Shown here: one piece after another, positions 1 to 13,257 of the stretch
Numbering within the stretch: position 1 is the first letter of the stretch
Layout: every line of letters begins with the position of its first letter
Assembly: GCA_002633005.1 (NCBI GenBank)
Contig: NMRA01000108.1
Coordinates: 105,820-169,819 of the forward strand
Source of the DNA: Phoronis australis
Taxonomy: Eukaryota > Animalia > Phoronida
Direction of reading: 5' to 3'
Length of the DNA stretch: 64,000 nucleotides
Program-made: the position numbers and the translations under genes
Notes under the pieces: generated by a model
Database searches by the model: none
What the model was told of the DNA's origin: nothing
The model's input: only the letters and a program-made list of their open reading frames with translations

Positions 1-116
1 AACTTTTTGATCAGTTTTGAAAAAAATATTCATCCTAGGAAAATGATCAATATATCAAAATGGATAGGTCTCATTGAAATCTTTCAAAGCGTGTATCAAA
101 ATTGCCTTTAAATGGG

Positions 117-2045
117 TGTGACGGACGTACGCAGAGAATTTGATTTTAAAAACAAAAATTTTAACGTTAATTTTCTGTGAGTTGCATTAACTTACAATTT
201 TAGGTTTTATATGATGATTAAGTGGAATGTTTGCAATATACAACACACTAAATATTTTGATGTTATATTTGAAGAAATTTTTGTCAGACAGCTCGACATA
301 CTGTAAGTTGAGTCAGTGTGACGGACGTACGTGACGAACTTACGCTCTGAATTTCTAGTATTATATTGTTTGTTGTGACTAAGATATTAATTCAGAATGA
401 TTAATACTTTCGCAGTATTTAAGCTGTATTTATCTTTTGTTACTAATTAAACGTTTTAATTAAAATGTACCGATTGACCTTTTGCACGAATTCATCACAG
501 GTAGGCTTATGCTAGGAATATATTCTAGGATTTTGACTTTTCAATACATTTGATTAAAGATATAAAACAAGCTTCTAAAATCTTCACTTCCCATTGAAGA
601 TAGTAAGCAGCATAGATGGGAATGAGAGTGATAATCATTTTGTATTTGACAGCTATTAATTATTAGGAAAACCTGTTTTATGAGTTGAGTAGAATACTAA
701 ATTAAAAGTAATCAGTAAATGCAACTGTCAAAATATCAAATGTGAAATAATGTTTTAAAAAATCACAAATAACTGTCATGGAAACGCATTTTGATTAATT
801 GTTTTTTAAATTAAAACTCGCCTTTTGCCACATTATTCTCTGTACCATGCCGTTTACGATTCTGATGCATGCCCGTGTAAGTAATAACGATGATGTTCTA
901 TAAGTATCAGTAACAGGACTTATTTTCTTAGAACAAAGTGTGAGGCCTGGTTTAGTTGACAGCATCGACTTTCGGCATTTATATTTTTATTCAAATAACC
1001 CGTGCTGTCTACCAGTGTGAAACTAGAATTTTAATTTAAATTAATTGCAATTAGATATGATGGTTCAGGAATATGTAGAACTTACTTATCAGGTGTTGGC
1101 TTCTTTTAAGGGATTAGCACGATTAGGTTTTCATCCAGCTCTTTAACTCATGCCTTCTTTTCAAATTTAAAGAGAGGCTTTAAATAATGTCACATCACAA
1201 TACGCGCAAGTGCAATTAAGGATTTTTTGGTCCACAGTGGCATTTTTTAGAGTTTCAGAGAATAATCCGGCAGATATTTATTCTTCTCCCAGTGGCATCT
1301 GTACCGTGGTCTCCAACAACTTCCTCTATCGTTTCTAAACACCGATTTAATCTCCTCAATGCTCAACAGAAAAAATAGTCTAATTCTTAGTAACGTAAGA
1401 AGAGTGCCTACAGTCGGTGAGGGTGTGAAAAGATGCCCAATAAAGTAGGTGACAGGTTTCTACCGCTTAACTATGCCTAGTATAGGCTTTTTCAACACAA
1501 AACACAGCATAGCAGGTCACAGCAGAAATAACGTATTGATTCCAGGGAACAGCAACTTTACATGTATTCCTTTGGGTCTCTTGTTATGTATATTCTACAT
1601 ATAGAACACCTGAGGAATTATTTTGTATTAATATTTTTGCATCTAGAATTTTCCAAGTTAGGCATTTCATTACAAACACGGGGTACCAATGGGAAAACAT
1701 GTTCATTAAATTAACATTTTTTTTATTTAAATTTTATAATGCGGTCCAATTGTCTGATTTTAATAAGTTGAATTCTGTTAAGAATAACTAGATGAAATTG
1801 TAAATTGTAAATTGTAACTTTTCTTTTGAAATTGAAAAAGTCCAATTCATCTAGTTTAAATCTGTAGCAACTTCTTCACATAACTTTAAAGCTGCCTTTG
1901 TAATATTTTATCATTTTATGTTTCTTAGGAGTGAGATACATTTTATCCTCTGCAAGTTAAGAAGGTATTTAAATGACCTCAGTTTATTTTAATGGCTGAA
2001 AAATTGTAATTTCATGGATGTGACGGACGTACGTGACGGACGTAC
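117..2045 (+). repeat. Dispersed 13-14-bp motif (T)GTGACGGACGTAC, probably subterminal repeats of a degraded DNA transposon
   Basis: Copies at 117-130, 317-330 (plus a degenerate one at 331-343), 2019-2032 and 2033-2045, all in the same orientation within very AT-rich DNA. Confidence 0.45.
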
Positions 2046-2112
2046 AAATGTGCTGTACGTGTATTGGTGGTCTTGAAACTAGAAAGAATGGACTTAAAGA
2101 TGAGACTGGAAA

Positions 2113-2469
2113 TGTTAGTGTAGCCACAATTTTATTTTTGTCTCGAGGTTGACCTTTTCAAGGAATTTCCCACAGGAAAAATCAAGAATTTTCTGGAACC
2201 TTTTACCAATTCAAGCATAATTTAAAACCGTCTGGAATCTATACAACCATTTTATTAACATACACTAGGCTCTAGAATGTTCCTGATAACATTAATCAAT
2301 AATAAACTAAACTCTTCTAGAATGCTCCCTACTCTTCTTTTGTAATAAGATTACGTCATCATTGCCTTGTCTTCATATGTCATGTCATTCAAATGTTATC
2401 TACTGGAACACAAACGGGACAATAAAATAAAATTATTTCACTAAGAACTGTGTCAGTCTACTCCTGACA
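2113..2469 (+). mobile_element. Solo LTR (Gypsy-like)
   Basis: TGTTAG...CTGACA termini form a short inverted repeat; 4-bp TSD GAAA (2109-2112 and 2470-2473); internal CTAGAATG repeats and AATAAA near 2421. Confidence 0.65.
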
Positions 2470-4479
2470 GAAAATATTCCCGAGCTGGTTTAACTAGCCA
2501 TTCATTTATGTTACTATTACACCCTGTTATTTTTCGCAGTTTGGTAACTTTCGTGGATTTTGGTGTTCTGTTAAACCTGTGATATCAACTCCGTTATATA
2601 CCTTTTGCTCCTGTTATACCGTATAACCATACACCGGCAAGATAGTCATGGTGTTTGATTAAAGAAGAAGTAAAAGATAAATATTTAAAATGATAAATAA
2701 TTACCATTACTCACATCTGACAAGTTTAAAAATAATTCTATAAATCGTGAGTGTTGGCGAAATGCAAAAAGTACCAATGTGTAATAGTAAAATAACGAAA
2801 GGAAGTGAACCAGATAGGCGTTATGAATGGGTAGTTACATCTGCAAGAAAAAACTGTACTCTATAAAGAGAGATATTTTAGAATATGGATGCCTCGCTGT
2901 GCCTGTAAAAAGCATTTGTCAGGCTTCCATCCAAAATCATTCATCTTCAAAAATTGAACCTTTGAGTAAAAATTCACAGACAGGATGTACTGACCTTTAC
3001 AAAACATGTGTTAAACTAATCACTTGAATTGTCTTTCCAAAATATGTATATAAAGGTTTTGTAATAGATAAAAATAGTCAAACATCTGTTGTATAACTTT
3101 GAAATGCACTGTCGATAGCTCATTACATTGCTTACAGTGCAGGTTTTTGTGTAGAAGTTCAGAAATAAATTCATTTCAGAAAGAAAAAATGCATGGTCCT
3201 GATTCATGTATTGTGTGTTGCTGTAACTAAGAGACATTAAAATACATCTTTAGGATTGCTATATTACTGAAAATATGTACTTTGGAAATATAATATTCGT
3301 AACAAATGCCTTGTTGAAAAACCCCTGGCAACGTGCTTTGATAGGCTGTCGAAAGTGGTTGTAAGACTAGCAGAAAACATATCATAGATCAACTTTCCCG
3401 GCATCCAGTCAGGGCCTCAGGTCCGTGCACACAAAGAATGGCCAATGGATTTTCAAATTTGCTGACCAATTTTACCCAGTGATCGCTTGTTGTGTGTAAT
3501 AGTACTTCGCTTAGAAAACAAAATTGACAAAATGAAAATGAAGCAATAAAATTAGCCTTCATTTGATAGCCACGACACTCCATTAAAGTTCAGTAGAGCA
3601 TACAGTCGCCGAAAATTCACAGCGCAAACTTTCGTGGATCGAAGCTCTAATAATAGGTCACGTGCGGGATTTGGCAATCTAGGGCTTAAGTTCTACTATT
3701 GCAGGAAACAACACCCGAACAAACAAGTTTAAACAACTGTTCACGTACGCGTATGCGTTCCTCTACCGCAACAGCGCGTGATCAAAGTTGACATTCCCCC
3801 CTCGTGTTATACGGTAATAAACAATTCTAACTACAGCACGTATGTAAAATATGGTAAGTACAGTTCAGTGAGAACCACAATACTTGAAGACATCCATGTA
3901 TCATGCATTTGACGACTCCTTTATCGTGATACGATTGGATTGATACACTGGGGTTGGTTTTTCAAAATAGTATTGATAAGGCTGAAGTATGAACCTAAGA
4001 ACTTCACACTCTCATTGAAACTTACATTTAACAACGTTACCTCGTTGCGGAAATAGATACCCAAAACTAAACATCGTAGCTACTGTAAATTGAATATTCG
4101 TATTGGATTAAGGATAATTGCCTAAGTTAATCTAATGAAAGTACAAATCAATTCGGTTAAATGGCCAAATGTCAATTAAACAAGCTAGCAGAAAGCTACT
4201 AGTATTGGAGAAAATAACGTTCATTTATTTTTAGTCTCGTCTGCATTCTTAAACTCCTGTTGTCACACGTTGTTAAACCTTATTACATAGTTAGATGATG
4301 TCATCAGGATCCAAGAAGTACCTACTGTACACCATAACTAATACACCATCCGCACTCGAAAAAAGATTAAATGACCGCGCCACACACGATTTGCCCCCGA
4401 AGAACCACAGCCATTTTGAACTTACTGCGAAACCGGAAATACAGTTCATTCAGGAACCCAGGCGTGCGTTCAGTAACGC

Positions 4480-5660
4480 TAGGACCTACGCTAGGACCTA
4501 GCTAAAATCTAGTTTTAGTCACGTGTTCTCACTTAGAATACACGGAAATATCTCACGTAATCTCATTTTTATTCAGTAAGCCAAATGATTCAACCTTTTA
4601 ACATAAGTAACTTAAAATGCACAATACTTTACAACATTTAGCATCACAAACACTATTCAACAGCAAAAGTTTCCATGATATGAAAGTGGATATACGTGTA
4701 ACTATTACCATGATGACCGAATAGTGTTTCCTTAAGGCAGAATTTGACAAGCATGATTTAAAAATGAAGTTGCAAGGAACAAGAATTGGAGGCTTGAAGC
4801 TTCACAATCCAACATAGCTTATTTCTCAAATTAAGATTATTTATATTGTTGACTTGATAGCCTGAATTAAGAAACAATAAGTTACAAAAAATGACTTGAA
4901 AGCAATTGAGACTTAAAATTTAGAAAAATATGAATCATTTTTGACACCTAATCAAGCCTTGAACAGCAGTTGACATTCAATCAAAAAACCATTTCAAAAT
5001 TATTTCAACTATTTTTTAGCTTATTGTAAGATCACCTGAACGAGACATTCAGAGTAAAATAATTCGAATATATCTTATATTTTTGCACCAAAAACACGAA
5101 AATTGAACAAAGTTCCTTTTTTGTAGCAAAGTTTGTCAAAATGTATCAACGTTAAATCTTTACAAATTACAAAGTAACTGGTTGAACATGCCTTTCAGTT
5201 CAGCAAAAGTCGCCATGTTGTCGGTGCCTCCAGAAATGAGACGAAGACCAACGGGAATTGTGAGCACATTTATCATTTAATGAGTAAAAACTGCGAGGCT
5301 GAAATTTGGTGAACATTGTCGAATCGTGCAAAATAGTAAGTAAAGATATGTCTCACTAAATTACACCGTAAATTTTTGGCGAAAATAATTTACACAAAAT
5401 TTTAAACTCGTAGCGTTTCCCGCTGTCCTCCAATATGGCCGACGCGATCCAAACAATTTGACCCAAATTTCGTCACAAAAATTGCAATAACTTTACACTG
5501 CTTGCCCCGATTTTGATACTTTTTCGATTTTTATTGAGTAGAACGCAGTACCTTTCCAATGGTAGCAAAGTACTTTTTCAAAACGAAAACAAATCAAAAT
5601 GAAAAAAATTGGTTCGAGTCATATTGCTTCCTAGGATCGACCGTCCTACGTAAGGAACTA
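4480..5660. mobile_element. Probable non-autonomous Helentron/DINE-like element fragment(s)
   Basis: Hairpin-rich ends (ttcctaggatcgaccgtcctacgtaaggaactaa at ~5628-5661; gcgttcagtaacgc...ctagtttt at ~4466-4516). The body has aaatttggt/caatatggccgac motifs resembling the other HINE-like elements in the window. Confidence 0.35.
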
Positions 5661-7061
5661 AACACCAACGTTATTTTAAAATAATAAGTACACGTAACAT
5701 TCCAAAAAAATTCAACGACCACTAACTACAAACTACAAATACACTACAAATGCAAACGAATCACGAGATATTGCTAATAAAACAAAATAATGAAGATTTT
5801 CGGATACTGGAACCACATAGGCATTTTGAGACCAGGACTCTAAGTTGTATAAACCTACTCAGCAGAAGACAAAAATTCTTTATGCAAACACAGTAATCAA
5901 ATTTCTGACAGGTCATTTATAGTTCTTCATAAACTAGAAGTTTTTTATTGCTGCATTACTGCACTAAAGCAATCAAATTGATGTCTCCACTCATAATGTC
6001 GGTTATGTTTGCATTTCACCACTGAAAAGTCGGTTATCTGTGAGTACATGTATGTTTGTATAGTCGCGCAAACCCTGGATCCTATTTCCAAGTATGCTGG
6101 TGATAAGTATTCAGAGTGTTTCTTTTTTTTGAAATGTTTAATTCAGTTATCTGACAGTCACTAAAACTACAGAAAAATGTAGACCTTGAGCCTTCCAAAA
6201 ATGCTCATGATACTAAAGATGAAACTAGTCTGCTAGATTACCTTTTTGATTTCATAGATTTTCGGAGGACATCTCCAAACTGAGGTGAGGAAATGTCTAG
6301 AAAAACAAACAAGGTAATAAAGCAGACAAGTTTCAATTTTAATATCACTACAGACTGACATTATTGAACAACATGATTCATTCCACTTTTAGAACTCAGC
6401 ATATCTGTCCTAAATATCCTTTATTGTGTTAGGGTCTTATTTTAAAACCATCAGTGAATAAGAAAACTCCAGAGTTTCTTGACGTTGGCGAACCCAAAAA
6501 AGCACACATTTGGAGATGGCATGTAGAGTCATGCTTGAGACTTCAGCTGACGGCTCATTCGGTGAGACGATTACATGTGTTAAATACCAACGTTGACTGC
6601 AAAATGCCCGTTAATGATATGATTTTTATCTCCATATATGCCTAGGTTTCACGCTATAATCCTCAAGTTGGACCCTCGTTTAGTTTTTTTCTCTTTTATA
6701 TGCTTTATTCATACTGTTTACGTCGGACCAATTAAGACTACAAGCTAGAAAATAAAATTAAATAATGTATATTTAAACTTTTACAAATATTTAGATATAA
6801 ACAGAAAGTCTGTGTAGTTTCAGTGCCATCAGTATAACTAGAACCACTTCATCGACAACATGTGTCAGCAAAAATAACATTTAGATATATTGAAAATACT
6901 GCAAAAGAATATTAATATTTTCATAGATATTGTCCTTCTAAAATTTGAAGCGCCCAACACTCCACAAATGTCAATCACTAAATACAATTTTGCTGCTAAC
7001 GTAAAATAAGTATAGTATGCGTATGCTTTTATATTCACTGTTGTAAACCATGTGTGAAAAG

Positions 7062-7234
7062 CATGCCCTCATCCAATCTACTAACGGGGGGCTCGAATTT
7101 TTGAGAATGTGGACCTTTTATTAAGATTCACGGAATTTTTTGTTTCTCTGAGGCGGACGTTTTTGTCCATTGCGTCAAATAGGGGTATCGGTCGAACCAG
7201 TCGAGACCACCCCCTCCCCCTGGGTGCGCGCATG
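7062..7234. mobile_element. MITE, hAT-like with 5-bp TSD (same family as 27049-27301)
   Basis: CATG...CATG termini; flanks AAAAG/AAATG; shares ggggggctcgaattt..tgtggacctttta and tttgtttctctgaggcggac with 27049-27301. Confidence 0.6.
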
Positions 7235-7899
7235 AAATGGATACTATTTCATGTTTGTCGGGTTCTCCACAACTAGCTATATCACCTGTTCTTGTATCCC
7301 CCGTCTGTGCTAGAAGCATTATTCAGCTAAAACATTTCTCCGCGGGGCTCTTTTGTAGATACATGTACATTAGACACGTGTCCAATCAAAATTATTGCTT
7401 TGGTGGCTTGGAAAGGCATGTCGAAAGACTGCTGTGGAATTCGTGTTATTCACGGCTTTGACAGGTTGTCACATGCGCATCTCTCAAAAATCATTCGAAT
7501 CTGTGCAATCAATTTTTTCACATTATTTGTATTCAAATAAGGAAATAAGTAGAGAGATTTTCTTTTCAGGTGAGCTCGGAAATATAAATATTCTCACAAT
7601 TTTATTTTTGTCTCAAAGTTTCTCAGTTAATGGTTATATCGTTGCTAGCCAACCACAATTTTCGGTGTTGCTCTCTATCTTAGCGAGTCAATCTGAACAA
7701 GGCTATAGTCTACATGTAAAAATGATAAAGTTATTTGCGCAATTTCAGGATACCTCGCCATAACTGTCAGTTGCTTAGTAACGGAGTAAACTAACCCGGG
7801 AATTGAATCTCAAAACTGGAGCAAATAATGATTTTATAAACTTGTAAAATAATAGAATTTCGAAAATCGGACCTTGCTTAGCCTTGCTTACACGTCGTT

Positions 7900-8719
7900 G
7901 TGTAACTTTCCAAGAAAAATATGATACCTGGGTGATTTTAATCCATTGATTATTAAACTTGGCAAACCAACTCCCATGTCGTGTTGGCAGGTGATTTTAA
8001 TGTTAATCTCTTTAATATAAATTAGGGGCTCTTGCTCGGAGAATTCTACCACTCGGGTGTCGCTAAGTGGTTTTTCTCCAACGATTCTTTTTCCCACTCG
8101 TTTCTCTGAGTTTTCTGCTTTATTTATTGACAACATTTTCTACAAATTGAACATGTGTTCTAAGACTGACCCAGTTTGCGGGATCTATTCTTCTAACATG
8201 TCTGGTCATTTACCTATTTTCTCTTGTTTAAAAAACATTAAAAAAGCAAAAGCTCCCAAATTTTCTTACAGGAACGTCTTTAATGATGATAGTTTGAATG
8301 ATGAAATTTGTCATAAAAATATAGTTTCTCACATGGATACAAGTTTGAATGGTGATCCCAATATGAACTGTAATTTACTTAAAGACTTGTTTGAAAAATG
8401 AATAATTTCAGTACAGTAAGAAAATTAAGAATCAATAAATATCAGCACAAAAACAATCTTTGGATCTCCCAAGGTATTTTAAGCTCTCTTAGATTTAGAG
8501 ATAAGTTTAATGGATGACTCAACAAAAATTCTATTAATGATTTTGTCTCATTGAGAACAAACCTAAAAATCTGTAAGATTATTTTTAAAAAGTTATGGAA
8601 AATGCTAAGAGACTTTATTATCATAATTAGCTTCGGCCCCGTGTTGGTTCTACCAAAGACGGTTGGAAAAAATGAATAACTTTTTAATAGAAATGTCTTA
8701 CCATATAATCTTATCAACT
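7900..8719 (+). mobile_element. CR1/L2(Crack)-type LINE, 5' part (end of endonuclease), degenerate
   Basis: PTRFSEFSALFIDNIF...SGHLPIF (APE C-terminus), followed by KYQHKNNLWISQGIL and AKRLYYHN...W linker motifs with stops and frameshifts. Confidence 0.75.
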
Positions 8720-11700
8720 ACCATTGTGAAGTCAGACACATTTCGCAGTCATCGCCTAACGTAAAAATTCCTGAGGCGAGACAAATTATAGTTAAAACTA
8801 CGAATTACACCAAGAGAGCCGAATTGATGAGAAGTAAAAAGAAATTGAGAACTGAAGCTGGCAAGATGTATGTAAACGAGAATCTGAACAAATGACGAGC
8901 GCAGTTGTACAAGACTTCTAGATATCTGTTGCTGGACATATGATGGAAGAAGTTATTACTAGGACTGGGTCAATAAAATAAAACCAGTAAGCATCATGGA
9001 AGATTTGCAGAGCATCTCTTGCTTAACATTATACATGCAAATCAGAGTATAGTGCAGGGGTTTACAACGTCTTGATTTCAGCTATTGGAAAGATTTCTCA
9101 CTTATAAACTGTAGTCTGCACGACTGACAGCTGAATTTTCCCTTTGAGTTTTACGGTAATGCCAATATTTTGCATTATACAGTTAGCTTTTAACTGATTT
9201 TGTATTCCATATGCAGTTTTCAAACTACAAGTGCAGTCGTACCATAAGTGCCAGGTACTTGGGACCATGTTGGGGGACCTCGGTACGCATGTACTTTAGG
9301 CAGCCATTGGTGTTTGCATGATTATCTCATCTTCCTTCAAGTGATAACATAGTTTTAGCCATTGTTCACAACATATTGTCTTGATAGCCAGTCAGGGTTA
9401 TGGCAACGTTCGTGACAACCGTGTCGTGTGGTAATATTGATGTAGCTGTGTTTTATTTTTGGTTTAAGCGTCATGGCTTCCTGCTGGGCAATCTAGACGG
9501 GGAAGCTATTTATAGGAGTGCTCTTCATTGGGTGTAGGCAAGGAGTGTAGTCAACCTTATTAGTTATGTGTGTGTTCTGTTTGCTCAGTGAGGGTCTGTC
9601 GACAAGTCCTAGAAACACATTACAAGGCAAAGTCTCTTTAGTGAAATGCCATTTCGTTCTGCTGTTTTTATAAGAAAAATTTTCCTATCTAAAATATTGG
9701 GAGAATAAACATGTCCACAAGGATCAGTTTTCATTTGTTTTACATCATAGTTCACATTGATATTGTACTCTGTGAAATCTAGGATGTGCTTGCGGAAGTG
9801 TTTGCAATGTTTTTGTTCTGTTTTGTGTGTGTGTGGTGTGAATGGGTCAGGATTGCACCGCTATGTTCTTCGATACATTATCGTAATTTGCTACATGTGC
9901 ATAACTGTTATAATGATCACAGGGGAACTTAAAAAATAACTTCCTTGAACTGCAGAAGGATGGGTCTCCATGAAAAACCAAAGGTTGTTCTCAACTAATT
10001 GAGAGAAAAGTAGTACACACACCATTTATTGCCTACATGACACACAATGTGCTAAGAGAGAAGAGAACAGTATTAGATCAATGTGCGGATATGAAGTTTT
10101 TTTTAATTCAAATACCTCAAACTCCCGTGACGTGACGATCCTGTTTAAGAACAATATTGAGTATAAAGTATATAACATTAGGCAAGACTACAATGGTAAT
10201 AAAGTAATTTTGGACACTGTTATTGAAAAAATAAAACAAGTCATTCAAGATACGAGATTACTCTGTCATTTGGACACGCGTGATTATCGACATGTTAATA
10301 ACCCGAAGTCACGGATAAATTGATGAAGACTTGTAGAGAATTGTCTACTGCTGATGTTTGGCTGGAACTATATCCCAAGAGTACACCATACACTTGTGGA
10401 GCTGGAAGTAAACTATCCAGACTAGATTATTTTCTAATTCCTGAAACCCTTTTAACCGATATTAATGACTCCATAATAAAATTCGATTACCTGTCCGATC
10501 ATTCAATGTTGACGGTTCCTTTTTAATACTGTTTCCCGGATGATGAAATCACTTTGTAAGTTTAATAAATCTCTTAAAAAACTCTAAGTGTATTGCAGTG
10601 GTCAAGGATACCATTAAATTAGTTAAACAGCAGTATATGACTGACGATATTCAGACAGTTGATAGTACAAGTAATTCAGATTTACAATTGTCTATAAATG
10701 ATCAACATTTTCTGGAAACGCTGTTGATGTAGATTAGCGCCAAAACAATTTCCTTAAAAAAGAGTGCTAGAGCTGAACAGCAACTTATCGAAGAAATAGG
10801 TTTGTTGGAAAAATGTCTGTGCTTTGATAGGGAAATACTTGAAAAAAAATAATCAACTTGCAGAGCTAAGGCAGAATAAGTTAAGAGGTCGTATGACTAG
10901 GCAGAGAACAAGATGGATTAAAAAGGTGAAAAACCTTTTTCACTTAAAGATAGGCATTACACAAGTATGCCTTTTATGTGGAAATCTGACAATACTAAAA
11001 CAAATAATGAAGAATGAGTTATACAGGAAACCAAAACATTTTATGAAAATCTATACATATACCAAAATTCTTACAACACTTCTTATGAAATTCTGCTGGA
11101 TAAGGTGTGTGTCTCGAAACTGAATGAGACACAAAAGGAAAAAATAGAAGGTCATCTTACATAGACACACAATGCTTGAAAAATGAAAATCAAGAGCCTA
11201 TGTTCCCATGCTTTATCAGTGGAATTGTTTTGGGCTGCCATTTTATATCTTCGCTGTTCGCTCACTTAATACTGATTTTGCAGTTGATCAGTTAATCATC
11301 AACGCAGAAAGAGGGAGTGATTACCTGCATCCCTAAGGGAGCTGATAAAAGTAACCATTATTTGTCAAACTGAAGACATGAAGTTACATGTAAATTGGTG
11401 TCTTGAGGCTGTGGCTGAACGGTCAAATTCCGCTGTGGGGAAAGTAATCAGTAAAGACCAGACAGGTTATGTTTCTAGAAGAAATATGAACGAAAATATC
11501 CGCATGGTATATGATTTAATGTTTTATGCTCAGCTAACAAATCAGGATTGCTGAGATTTTGAGAAAGAATTTTATTCATTGTAGTGGAATTTTATTCAAA
11601 AATTGTCTTCTTTAATTTTGGTTGGTCGATCAGAAGGTGGGTAAAAGTCTGTTATACTTATACTAAGTCGTGTGTGGTCGTAAATGGTCAACCATCTTCG

Positions 11701-13257
11701 TAGTTCAATATTGCATGTGGCTGCAGAAAAGGTGACCCTACATTTTCATATTGTGCGAAGAGATTTTGGCATATTTAATCAAGAATAATAATGATATTGT
11801 AGGTGTAGTAGCAGGAAATAAGAAATGTTTGATTTCGCAATATGTGGACGACACATCAATTACATTGGATGGGTCGAATTTGTCATTGACTAGCCCATTG
11901 AATGTACTACATTTGTTTGCTGATGTCTCTCTGAATCACAAAAGCCATATGGTTTGGAAGTAAAATTGGTAGTGATACAGTGATTCCTACAAAGGAAAGT
12001 CTATTTTGAACAAAATCTTTGAGAGTGACTGAAATTAAGTCTTTATAAAAAAGTTGGGAGTCGACAAATGTAACACCGTTTGGTTGAGTAACTGTAAATA
12101 AACGTTAGCTATTTAATTTTCTTTAATGTCAAATTTACTAAATCCACCAGTAAATGTCTTGGGTGAATTGAATACTAGATTTTTTAGATTAGTATGGCAG
12201 GCTCGTTATGATAAAAGTAAAGGAACTACGGCTTGTTCAGGACTAGATGAATGGGGACTTCAAATGGTTAATATACATACTTTCAGCAAAGCTTTAAAAC
12301 TTGACATGGACCGTAGGTATCTGGAAAGCCCTGCGACTAAAAATGGTCAGTTACTGTACTCACTCTCATAATTTTGCCTCATTTGGAGAAGACACAAGTG
12401 GTTTTATAAGTCTCGGTTGGTAAAAGACTTAAGATTTATCGGCAATGTGTATATAATGGTATTGTTTTTGTTCTAAGAAAGTTTCAAAAAGTCTATTTCA
12501 CAGTAAATTTAAAAGCGTTAATTTATACTCTTTGCATGCCTTCAGCAATGACTCACTTACTGAATGATGTGAAGGGTGTACACATATTTTTCCATCTTTA
12601 ATGACATTAAAAATATTCTACAACAGAGTGTAAATGCGAAATAGACTTAGGAGATTATACGAAAATATAGACATTGCCTTATGAAATTACAAAGGATCTT
12701 AGCATTAGATGGTTCCAGTTTATAATATTACACAGGATTATTGCAACAAATACTTTTTGTCAAAATCAAAGTTCGGGATTCTAATTTATGTTCCTTTTTT
12801 AATAAAGCTACAGAGACGCAGTAACCTATTTTGTGAACATCGCCCTGTACAAGATTTCTGGAAGGAATTCCGAAAAATGCTTCAACTGCCTCTCTTAAAA
12901 CGCGTAATTTTTGGACTTTACGAGACATGTGATTTTCTATTGAGCATTTTGCTATTACTAGCCAAACAGTACTTTTACAAAGAGAAAGGTCACAAAAATA
13001 TTCCTAATATTCACAAGTTTGTTACATATACTGATGAGTACTATAATGCTTAAAAATTAATTGCATATAAAAATTTTGTGTGTGACAGATTTTCTTGGAG
13101 GTGGGAAATTTTTATCGTTCACATAAACTCTATGTAGCAGTTGTTTATTTTATATAAGATACGACAATGGTCTCTCCGTGAATGAATGGGTGTACTTATT
13201 TGTTTGTTTGTTTGTTTTTGTATTTGTTTATATATGACAATAAATATCTAAAAAAAG
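8720..13257 (+). mobile_element. L1/Tx1-type LINE, 5'-truncated and degenerate, nested in the CR1/L2 element
   Basis: ORF1 remnant (RQIIVK..NY...LMRSKKKL...YVNENL) at ~8740-8960. ORF2 remnants: SLNCR (~9940), NSNTSNSRDVTILFKNN, SRLDYFLI..SDHS, GCRKGDP, SQYVDDT. The 3' end has a GTTT tract, AATAAA (13239-13244) and an A-run. Decayed TSD aatcttatcaact (8707-8719) / aatcgcatcaagt (13258-13270). Confidence 0.8.
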
